DNA of 64,000 nt from an uncultured Acetobacteraceae bacterium. Lineage in GTDB: Bacteria > Pseudomonadota > Alphaproteobacteria > Acetobacterales > Acetobacteraceae. Of this stretch, positions 1-7,472 are shown one piece after another. The stretch is from NCBI GenBank assembly GCA_964236715.1, contig CAXSGE010000011.1, positions 14,007 through 78,006 on the forward strand, read 5' to 3'. The position numbers and the translations under genes were made by a program. The notes beneath the pieces are model-generated. The model saw only the letters and a list, made by a program, of their open reading frames with translations, searched no databases and was not told where the DNA came from. Position 1 is the first letter of the stretch, and the number at the start of each line of letters is the position of its first letter.

Positions 1-183
1 ACGATCGGCGCTTGGTGGCGGTTCCTGCAGGGCAATTTCGGCACCATCGAGACCGGCGGCCAATACTCTTACACGCGGCGAACCATCTTTCCCGGCGTCG
101 GCCCGACACCCGGCACACGCTTCACGCCCACGACCTCCGACAATATGTTCCTGTTCAGCTTCCGCTATTTGCCATTCCAATAG
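1..183 (+). CDS. 3' end of outer-membrane porin-like beta-barrel protein (partial)
   Basis: Frame 1 reads TIGAWWRFLQGNFGTIETGGQYSYTRR...NMFLFSFRYLPFQ*; alternating aromatic beta-strand pattern and C-terminal FSFRYLPF. Confidence 0.65.
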   Translation, partial: TIGAWWRFLQGNFGTIETGGQYSYTRRTIFPGVGPTPGTRFTPTTSDNMFLFSFRYLPFQ

Positions 184-316
184 GCTGCGCCCGCTGCCCG
201 CAGCAGGGTGAGCGCCCCTTTCACTCGTTGCCGCCCACGCTGCTGTCCTCGACGTAGAGCATCCGCATCACGACAAGCGCAGCCGCCGCCAGCCGCTTGC
301 CAAGAACGATGTCAGG

Positions 317-580
317 CTACTTCTTCACCTGGCCGGCCGTTGGCTGGCTCGTCGTGACGCCTTGTGCGCCCGACCTCGCCTGCTCGGCCGCGGAACCAGC
401 CGTCCCAGTTTGCCGCTCCGTCGAAGGGTTCGTATCGGCCGGCTGCGCCGTGCCCCCATTGGTGACGGACGGGGCCGTAGTGGTGTCGCGAGGCGTCCCA
501 GTCTGGATTTGCTGCGCCATCGCAGGCGAGACGGCCAGCGCGGCGACGCACGTAGCGGCGAAAAGGAACTTCAACATCAC
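317..580 (-). CDS. small secreted low-complexity protein
   Basis: Signal peptide ending AMA-QQ, Thr/Gln/Ala-rich mature part; 27 nt downstream of the cupredoxin gene. Confidence 0.7.
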   Translation of the reverse strand: MMLKFLFAATCVAALAVSPAMAQQIQTGTPRDTTTAPSVTNGGTAQPADTNPSTERQTGTAGSAAEQARSGAQGVTTSQPTAGQVKK

Positions 581-607
581 ACTTGCCTCCGATTGGGCTG
601 GTTCAAG

Positions 608-1153
608 CTAGCGGCGCGCATCGACCTTTGGATCGCGCACCACGATCCCAGGCGCTTGCGCCGCCTGGTCGACCTTCAAGTCCACGTACATCCCCTGCAC
701 CCCGTGGCCGGGAACGCCGCAGAATAGCCAGTATTCGCCGCCCTCGGCCGGCGTGCGGAATGAAAGCGTATCCTTCTGATTCGGGCCGAGCCCGCCCACC
801 GGGTTGTCGGTGTAGGCTTTGTTGATGGCCACCTGGTCCGCTCCCGCTTCCGGCGGAATTTCGTCCTGCGGATACCGTTTCGTCACCAGCAGCGAGTGGG
901 GCAGCATGCCGTCGTGGTTTTCCACCGCCATCCGAACCGTCCAGCCCGGCGGCACCACGACCGTCATGTCGCTTTCGTAATAGCCGTTGAAATTCAGCGC
1001 CCCGTTGTTCGGGTTCCAGCCGGCCACGATGTCCAGCGACACGGTCTTGGCGCCTGCATCCACCTTCATCCAGCTCGGCGTCGTGGCCTGTTGGGCAAGC
1101 GCCGGCATGGCGAGGAGCACTGCGGCGCAAGCGGCAGCAAAAACAGGTTTCAT
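608..1153 (-). CDS. sulfocyanin-like blue copper (cupredoxin) protein
   Basis: Signal peptide MKPVFAAACAAVLLAMPALA; LNFNGY motif; His in LPHS; C-x4-H-x4-M loop (CGVPGHGVQGM). Confidence 0.85.
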   Translation of the reverse strand: MKPVFAAACAAVLLAMPALAQQATTPSWMKVDAGAKTVSLDIVAGWNPNNGALNFNGYYESDMTVVVPPGWTVRMAVENHDGMLPHSLLVTKRYPQDEIPPEAGADQVAINKAYTDNPVGGLGPNQKDTLSFRTPAEGGEYWLFCGVPGHGVQGMYVDLKVDQAAQAPGIVVRDPKVDARR

Positions 1154-1213
1154 GCGATCATCTCCCGCAAGGGGCAACGGCCGGGTCACGCAACCCGGCC
1201 GCGCCGAATGCAC

Positions 1214-2890
1214 TCAGAGGCCAAACACGAAGATCGCGTCGCCCAGCTTGTAGTTCAGTTGGAAGTTGCCGCCTGCCGCCACGGCGACATACGGCTTGCC
1301 GTCCACCTCGAACGCCACCGGCGCCGAGTTCATGCCCGCGCCTCCCTGGAAGCTCCACACGACCTTGCCGTTCTTGGCGTCGTAAGCCTTGAACAGCCCG
1401 TTGCCCTCTCCCGCGAACACGAGGCCGCCGGCGGTGGTCAGCGCCCCGCTGATCATCGGATTGTCGGTCTTGGCGGTCCAATCGATCTTGCCGGTATCGA
1501 CGTTCACCGCGCAAACGTTGCCCCATTGCTCCTCGCCAGGGATCGCAGTGAACGCGCCGGCGAGCCAGAGCCGGCGTTGCTGCCAGGGCTCGGACTTGAC
1601 CACATAGTTCATTGGCTGGTGCAGGTTCACGTAATACACGTCGCGCGTCGCCGGGTTGAATGCGCCGGGCGACCATTCCACGCCGCCATTGGCCCCGGGC
1701 AACATCCGCACGCCCTCTGCCGTGGGCTGCGCGAACAGGTTCTCTTGCGGGACCATCGGCGGCGAGCGGCGAAGGAGCTTGCCGCTCTGCCGGTCATGCA
1801 CGTAGGCGAACCCGGTCTTTCCGCCGGTGATGACGCCCGGCACGGTCTTGCCGGTATCGTCCAGCACGTCGGCCAGGATGGGCGGGGAAACCGCGTCCAA
1901 GTCCCAAACGTCGTGCGGGACGTATTGATAGCCCCAGACCAGCTTGCCGTTGCTCGCATCGAGGGCCACCAGGCTGTCCGACCAGAGGTTGTCGCCGGGC
2001 CGGATGGCGCCGTTGAGGTCCGGGGAAGGGTTGCCAAGGGTCGCGAACATCAGCCCGGTCTTCGGGTCGATGGTGTTGGTCATCCAGTTCGACGCGCCGC
2101 CACGTTGCCAGGCGTCGGCGAATTTGCCGCTGGCGGCGGCTTGCTTTTCGGCTGCGATGTCGCGGTGCAGCGGGTCGCGGCCGTCCGCCTTCTCGGCAAA
2201 CGCGCCTTCCCAGCCCTTGGTGCCGTCGGGCTGTGCCTCGCCGGGTTCGGGGACGGTGTACCAGCGCCAGGCCTGCGTGCCGTCCTTGACGTTATAGGCG
2301 GTGATCATGCCGCGGATGCCGTATTCGGCGCCGCCCATGCCGACGATGACCTTATCCTTGAAGATGACCGGCGCCATGGTGAGCGAGTAGCCCATTTGCG
2401 GGTCCGCGACCTGCTGCTCCCAAAGCTTGTCGCCGGTCTTCTTGTCGATCGCGACCAGCATGGCGTCGAGCGTCGCCATGAACAGCGTGTCGTCCAGAAC
2501 CGCGACGCCGCGGTTGTTCGGCCCGCAGCACAGCGGCACCGTCCCGAGCTTCTGCTGGTAGTGCCAGAGCTGCTTGCCCGTGCGCACGTCGATGGCGAAC
2601 ACATGGTTGTAGGGCGTGGTCGCATACATGATGCCGTTCTCGACCAGGGGCGAGGTCTCGAAGCTGCCGAGCACGCCGGTCTGGAACACCCACTTGACCT
2701 TAAGCTGGTCCACATTCTGCGGAGTGATCGCCTTCGAGGGCCAGAACCGCGCCTGGGCCAGGTCGCCGCCATAGTTCAGCCAGTTGGCGCTCTGGTTGCC
2801 GGCGTTGACCAGGTCCTCCCAGGTCGCGGCCTGCGCCCCTGCTGTTCCCAGCACAAGGCCGGCCGCAATGAGCGTGGTTTTACCGATCAT
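1214..2890 (-). CDS. PQQ-dependent dehydrogenase, methanol/ethanol family
   Basis: Signal peptide, NWLNYGG, vicinal Cys pair (LCCGPNNRG), GAEYGIRG, GNPSP, PHDVWDLD, Trp-docking repeats; GGAGGA RBS. Confidence 0.93.
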   Translation of the reverse strand: MIGKTTLIAAGLVLGTAGAQAATWEDLVNAGNQSANWLNYGGDLAQARFWPSKAITPQNVDQLKVKWVFQTGVLGSFETSPLVENGIMYATTPYNHVFAIDVRTGKQLWHYQQKLGTVPLCCGPNNRGVAVLDDTLFMATLDAMLVAIDKKTGDKLWEQQVADPQMGYSLTMAPVIFKDKVIVGMGGAEYGIRGMITAYNVKDGTQAWRWYTVPEPGEAQPDGTKGWEGAFAEKADGRDPLHRDIAAEKQAAASGKFADAWQRGGASNWMTNTIDPKTGLMFATLGNPSPDLNGAIRPGDNLWSDSLVALDASNGKLVWGYQYVPHDVWDLDAVSPPILADVLDDTGKTVPGVITGGKTGFAYVHDRQSGKLLRRSPPMVPQENLFAQPTAEGVRMLPGANGGVEWSPGAFNPATRDVYYVNLHQPMNYVVKSEPWQQRRLWLAGAFTAIPGEEQWGNVCAVNVDTGKIDWTAKTDNPMISGALTTAGGLVFAGEGNGLFKAYDAKNGKVVWSFQGGAGMNSAPVAFEVDGKPYVAVAAGGNFQLNYKLGDAIFVFGL

Positions 2891-2920
2891 GTTTCCTCCT
2901 GTTTGCGTGTCGTCTTGCAG

Positions 2921-3556
2921 CTACTGCTTCGCAGACTCGATCTGTTCCGCGATGGCGGCGCCGAGCAGCCGTGCCTTGTGGGCGGTGTAGTCGAGCCGGT
3001 GGCACAGCAGTTCCGCGTCCTCTGCCCGGTCGCCAAGCGCGGCCCGGTTCCGCCGCTGCGCCTGTTCAATCGCCGTCCGCCGCTCGGGAGGGTCGTCCGC
3101 CCGAAGCGACGCTATGGCGCGGTCGCCGCCGGCCACCTCGTCCGCGAGCAGATGCGATTGCGCCACCTTGTCCGTGACCCCGTCCTCGATGAAACCGCGG
3201 AGCTGGTTGGTGCGGGCGATGACGCCGTCGAGGACGAGCGGCAGTGCCTGGGTGTTGCCGGACCCGGCCTCGCGCGCCAATGCGGCAATGCGGGCGACCC
3301 CCAAGTCCGGCACGTTCTCGGGCGCTGCCGCAAAATCGACCACCGCCCGGACGCGCGGGTCCGCCTTCCAGGCATTGCCGTCGTGGGCCGGCATGGCCAA
3401 GGGATGCGGCAGCAGAGTGGCGGCCGTCAGTGGGTCGGCGTCCACCCCGCGGCACGGCCAGTCCGGAAGCGGCCCAGACTGCGGCGGCGCAGCAAGAACC
3501 AGGCCGGCAGACCAGCCCATGAGGACCAGCGTCGACATGGCGAGACGGTTGTTCAT
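2921..3556 (-). CDS. exported helical protein with DWPC motif
   Basis: Signal peptide, PDWPC...WKADP...LLCHRL; GGAGGAG RBS upstream; directly precedes the PQQ dehydrogenase. Confidence 0.7.
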   Translation of the reverse strand: MNNRLAMSTLVLMGWSAGLVLAAPPQSGPLPDWPCRGVDADPLTAATLLPHPLAMPAHDGNAWKADPRVRAVVDFAAAPENVPDLGVARIAALAREAGSGNTQALPLVLDGVIARTNQLRGFIEDGVTDKVAQSHLLADEVAGGDRAIASLRADDPPERRTAIEQAQRRNRAALGDRAEDAELLCHRLDYTAHKARLLGAAIAEQIESAKQ

Positions 3557-3685
3557 CCTTGCCATCTCCTCCCAAGCTCGAACCAGCAACTCTCGCCCGC
3601 CACGATCTTTGCCCGTCTCAATCTTTGCCCGCCACAATCTTTGAAGGTATGATCTGCGATGTCAATTCTGTAGGGCCGCGGCACC

Positions 3686-3973
3686 ATGACGAAAGCGTTG
3701 ATCTCAACCGCATCCTGCGTCCTGCTCCTGTCTGTTGGAGTTGCGAGGGCTGCGGATGTAGCCGACCCGGACCTGGTCAAGCTATGCGTTGATGAACTCA
3801 AGTCCCGGCAGCCGCCGAGCGAGGTCCAGGAGAACACGGAGGTGGTTTTCTCGCACGTCGAGCGCACGGACTTACAGCAGGTTGTGGACGTGCAGGTGAC
3901 AGAAGCCGAGGGGCGGCGCGTCACTGGCCGGTGCGTCGTGCGCAACGGCAAGGTATTTGACTACAAAGGCTAG
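3686..3973 (+). CDS. small secreted hypothetical protein
   Basis: Signal peptide ending ARA-AD; two Cys in mature part; divergent from the PQQ operon. Confidence 0.7.
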   Translation: MTKALISTASCVLLLSVGVARAADVADPDLVKLCVDELKSRQPPSEVQENTEVVFSHVERTDLQQVVDVQVTEAEGRRVTGRCVVRNGKVFDYKG

Positions 3974-4019
3974 GAGTCCGGTGACGGGGCATCTCCGGCT
4001 ACGGCAGACGGCCGGCATC

Positions 4020-4082
4020 GAGGTCACCCTGGCCATACGCCTTCACGCGCAAGACGCAGAACCCGCTGTCCTCGTTGTGGAA
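4020..4082 (-). pseudogene. fragment of RecD2-like helicase N-terminus
   Basis: Minus strand reads FHNEDSGFCVLRVKAYGQGDL, like the RecD2 N-terminal motif FHNxxxGFCVLRVKARG; no intact ORF. Confidence 0.6.
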
Positions 4083-4146
4083 CCGGCCTTCCTGCCTCCC
4101 CTGCCCGCGGGCCGCCAGCAAGATCGGCTTCAGCCGCTACGCCCGG

Positions 4147-5778
4147 CTAAGCTGACCCGCTAACGATCCGGTCCGCGGTGCGCATCGCTATCGCGCTGAT
4201 GGTCAAATGCGGGTTCACGCCGCCCACGGTAGGGAACACCGAGCCGTCGCAGATCCAAAGGTTCGGGATGTCCCAACTGCGGCAGTTGGCGTCCACCACG
4301 CTGCTTTCACGGTCGAAGCCCATGCGCGCCGTGCCGCCCAGGTGGTTGGTGTCGTTCTCTTGGCGGAACACGTCGCGGGCGCCGACCGCCTCCAGGCTGG
4401 CCTGCATCTCGCCCAGCGCGTGCTGGATCATCGCCTTGTCGTTGTCGCCCCAGCTATAGGTCACGCGCGCGACCCGTAACCCATACTGGTCGACGTCGTC
4501 GTGCAAGGTCACCCGGTTGCGCTCGTTCGGCAGCATCTCGCCCACCATCTTCAGCCCGACCTGGTGGTTGTACTTGGCCATCTCGTCAACCAGCGCCTGG
4601 CCCCACAAACCGCGGGAGCCGGTCTGCACCGTCACCCACTCGATCGGCATCGGACCCTGCGCCATCCAGCAATAGCCGCCGTGGAAATCCTTGCGGTCCT
4701 CATAGTTCCAATGCTCGGTGATGGACAGCGAGGGCGGCCCCTTGTTCCAGCGCACCTCCTGCTCCATCGTGCCGAACACGGCCTGGTTGGATTGGGTCAT
4801 CAGGTTCTTGCCGACCAGGCCGGAGCTGTTCGCCAGCCCATCCGGGTAGCGGTCGGTTGCGGACGCGAGCAACAGCCGCGGCGTCTCGATCGCGTAGCCG
4901 GACACCACCACGTTGCGGGCGCGCTGGAACCGCCATTTGCCCTCGCGGATGTAATGCACCCCGGTCGCGCGCCCGTCGCGGCCCACCTCGATCCGTCCGA
5001 CCATGGCGAGGTCCCGGATCTCCGCCCCGGCCTTCAGCGCGCGCGGGATGAAAGTCACCAACTGGCTCTGCTTGGCGTTGGTCGAGCAGCCGAAACGGCA
5101 GAAGCCGCGGTAAACGCAGGACGGTGAATGGCCGCGCGGCGCCGACACGGTGGCCAGCGGCGTCGGCGTCCACTTATAGCCCATCGCCTCGGCGCCGCGG
5201 GCGAGCAGCTCGGCCGCGCCGTTCAGTTCGTGCGAGCGATACGGGTAGCGCGGGCGCTTCGGCCCCCATGGATAGTTCACTGGCCCCGAGATACTCAGCG
5301 CTTTCTCGACGCGGCCGTAATAGTCCCACATCTCGCGCCAATCGAGCGGCCAGTCGGCGCCATAGCCCAGCAGGCTGCGCGACTTGAACCACTCGGGGCG
5401 GAACCGCAGCGACACCATGGCGAAGTGCACGGTGCTGCCGCCGACCGCCTTGCCGCTGTTCTTGCCGCCCATCACCATGGGGTTGGCGCCGTCGACGACC
5501 CGCTCGTCGTTCCAGTAGATCTTGTTCTGCTCGGTCTCGTCGGACGCGAAATCCTCCAATGGGCGGAAATACGCGCCGGCGTCGAAGCCGACCACGGAGA
5601 GCCCGGCCTCCGCCAACCCGGCGAGCATCGGGCCGCCGCCTGCGCCGGTGCCGACCACGACGAAATCGACCTCCTCGTCGTCGCTGTGCTGCCGCATCGG
5701 CACCCAGCCGCCGACCTTGAACACGTCGGGCGCGCGGCCATAGGCGGCGCGCGGGGCGGCGAACGGATCAGCCGACAC
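4147..5778 (-). CDS. GMC family oxidoreductase (flavoprotein subunit)
   Basis: VVVGTGAGGG FAD motif, AVGGST, CVYRGFC, ETPRLLL, HLGGTARMG, DGSVFPT; GTG start overlaps upstream stop. Confidence 0.92.
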   Translation of the reverse strand: MSADPFAAPRAAYGRAPDVFKVGGWVPMRQHSDDEEVDFVVVGTGAGGGPMLAGLAEAGLSVVGFDAGAYFRPLEDFASDETEQNKIYWNDERVVDGANPMVMGGKNSGKAVGGSTVHFAMVSLRFRPEWFKSRSLLGYGADWPLDWREMWDYYGRVEKALSISGPVNYPWGPKRPRYPYRSHELNGAAELLARGAEAMGYKWTPTPLATVSAPRGHSPSCVYRGFCRFGCSTNAKQSQLVTFIPRALKAGAEIRDLAMVGRIEVGRDGRATGVHYIREGKWRFQRARNVVVSGYAIETPRLLLASATDRYPDGLANSSGLVGKNLMTQSNQAVFGTMEQEVRWNKGPPSLSITEHWNYEDRKDFHGGYCWMAQGPMPIEWVTVQTGSRGLWGQALVDEMAKYNHQVGLKMVGEMLPNERNRVTLHDDVDQYGLRVARVTYSWGDNDKAMIQHALGEMQASLEAVGARDVFRQENDTNHLGGTARMGFDRESSVVDANCRSWDIPNLWICDGSVFPTVGGVNPHLTISAIAMRTADRIVSGSA

Positions 5779-6409
5779 GGCTGTTCTCCCGCCGGGCGCG
5801 GGCTTCCTCGCCGGGCTTGGCCTCGGCCGCCTCCCATGGGTCGCGGCGGTCCAGTTGCATGCGGACGTAGCCGCGCGGGCTGGCCGGGCCGCCGAAGCCC
5901 AGCTCGTTCCACGACACCGGATGCGCGTAATAGGCATGGGTGATATCGGCGATCACCCGGTGCTCGAAGAACGGCTTGGGGGGCATGCCGCCCCACGCAT
6001 CGCACTTCAATTCACCCTCCTGCATGCGGTGGATCAGCGTGTCCTGCTGATCCCCAGGCAGGAGGTGAAATCGGCTGCCGTGGGCTGCCTGCGCCTCGGC
6101 ATCAAGTGCGGCCAGGCCGCGCTGCCAGGCCTCGCCCTGCGGCGGCAATGCGGCGTAGCGGTAGCCGTCCATGTGCTTTTCAGTGATCTTGCTGTCGACA
6201 TAGGCCGGCAATGGGATCGGCTCGCGGCCCGCCGGTTGCGGCATGATGCGGTCGCACAACGCGCTCAGCGTTTCCCACTCGGCGGCGGTGAAGAAGCGAG
6301 GATGCCGCGGGACATTGAGCCGGCGCTGGATCACCTCGCGCGTGATCTCGTTCCAAGACACCCCGTCCTGTTTCGCCATGACGTCGTAGCCGGGGTAGCG
6401 TTCAGTCAT
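5768..6409 (-). CDS. gluconate 2-dehydrogenase subunit 3 family protein
   Basis: RYPGYDV start, FFTAAEWETL, AYYAHP..WNELGFGGPASPRGY; adjacent to GMC gene. Confidence 0.85.
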   Translation of the reverse strand: MTERYPGYDVMAKQDGVSWNEITREVIQRRLNVPRHPRFFTAAEWETLSALCDRIMPQPAGREPIPLPAYVDSKITEKHMDGYRYAALPPQGEAWQRGLAALDAEAQAAHGSRFHLLPGDQQDTLIHRMQEGELKCDAWGGMPPKPFFEHRVIADITHAYYAHPVSWNELGFGGPASPRGYVRMQLDRRDPWEAAEAKPGEEARARRENSRVG

Positions 6410-7373
6410 CGGGGTGGTCCTCCATCAGGCCGAGGGCGGCGAGACCGGCCATCGCCAGGCCGGTGAAGCTTGGCGGCGCCGGGATGGGTGGGCCGTCGAG
6501 CACGTTCTGGCTCCAGTTGCGCCAGCCGCCCATGTTGCGGGCGACGCCCATTATGTGGAAGCCGGCCCCGGCCCAGCCCATGACGGCTGTCAGCCGCAGC
6601 CAAAACCGGGTCCAGCCGCGCTTGCGCCGGGTCGCCCCAGCGGCGGCGTTGCCCAGCAGTGCCGCCGTCAACGGCGGGATCGTCACCGGCAGGTACATCA
6701 GCGGGTTGTGGTAGGCGCCGCGGAAGTGCAGCAATCCCGCCTCCGCGACCGTGCCGATCAAGCCGACGCTGGAGGCGAGTCCCACCACGCGCCCCGCCGG
6801 CAGGCCCAGAATGGTCGGCGCCACTCCCGGCGTGGTGTCGCGCACGCGTTCGGACAGGAAGCCCAACGCGCCGGACAGCGTCAGCGCGGCCGGGGCGCCG
6901 AGCGGGGCGGAATAGAACAGGTTCTGCCACGAGAAGCCGCCGGGCCGCTTCGCCACGTTGTAAACGTGGAACGCGGTGCCAACGAGGCCGGTCAGCCCCG
7001 CCAGAACATAGACGCTGTCGCGGGCGCGATGTGCGACCGACCGTCCGTCATTGTTGCCGTGCGCGCTGACAGCAAGCGAGAGGCCCGCAGTCACCAGCGG
7101 CGTGAACATCGCCCGATTATGGAACAGCCCGCGGTAATGCTCGACCGCGCTATCCGCGAGCACGGAGGCGGCGATCAGCCCGGCCGACCGGTTCAGCCGC
7201 TGCGCCGCCCGCAATGCCGCCGATGGATCCAGTTCCTGACGCCGGACCGGAGCGACAAGCCGCGGAACGCGCGCGTTGACGATTGCCGGCGTGGAGCGCC
7301 GGGTCACCGCCATCGCGGCAAGACCCAGCAGCGCCGCCCCGGAGGTTGCGAGCGCGGTCGTGTTGCGTGCCAT
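6402..7373 (-). CDS. conserved membrane protein of the TPP/GMC cluster
   Basis: Several TM segments; internally duplicated motifs (EHYRGLFHN/LHFRGAYHN; GFSWQN/NWSQN). Confidence 0.8.
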   Translation of the reverse strand: MARNTTALATSGAALLGLAAMAVTRRSTPAIVNARVPRLVAPVRRQELDPSAALRAAQRLNRSAGLIAASVLADSAVEHYRGLFHNRAMFTPLVTAGLSLAVSAHGNNDGRSVAHRARDSVYVLAGLTGLVGTAFHVYNVAKRPGGFSWQNLFYSAPLGAPAALTLSGALGFLSERVRDTTPGVAPTILGLPAGRVVGLASSVGLIGTVAEAGLLHFRGAYHNPLMYLPVTIPPLTAALLGNAAAGATRRKRGWTRFWLRLTAVMGWAGAGFHIMGVARNMGGWRNWSQNVLDGPPIPAPPSFTGLAMAGLAALGLMEDHPDD

Positions 7374-7376
7374 GCT

Positions 7377-7469
7377 TTATCCTTTGGCGCCGGCGGAAAA
7401 CTGCTCGGCATCGGCCGGGACCGTGCAGGCTCGCGCCCGCACGTCCCGCACGGCCAGATCGCTCGCCAT
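7377..7469 (-). pseudogene. internally deleted enolase/mandelate-racemase family gene (30 aa remnant)
   Basis: MASDLAVRDVRARACTVPADAEQFSAGAKG*; fills the operon gap with 3-nt spacers; resembles N- and C-termini of the enolase usually found here. Confidence 0.55.
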
Positions 7470-7472
7470 CGC

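Noticed and set aside
1214-2890. Naming the PQQ enzyme xoxF, mxaF, exaF or pedH
   Set aside because: Lacks the GVNE-type context after the Asp motif and has no cytochrome or xoxJ/mxaJ partner; clade unresolved without phylogeny
896-3652. 918-aa plus-strand ORF and other long antisense ORFs (6414-8417, 23418-25832, 51037-53457, 62050-63903)
   Set aside because: Shadow frames of well-supported genes in high-GC DNA; no motifs, Arg/Gly/His-rich composition
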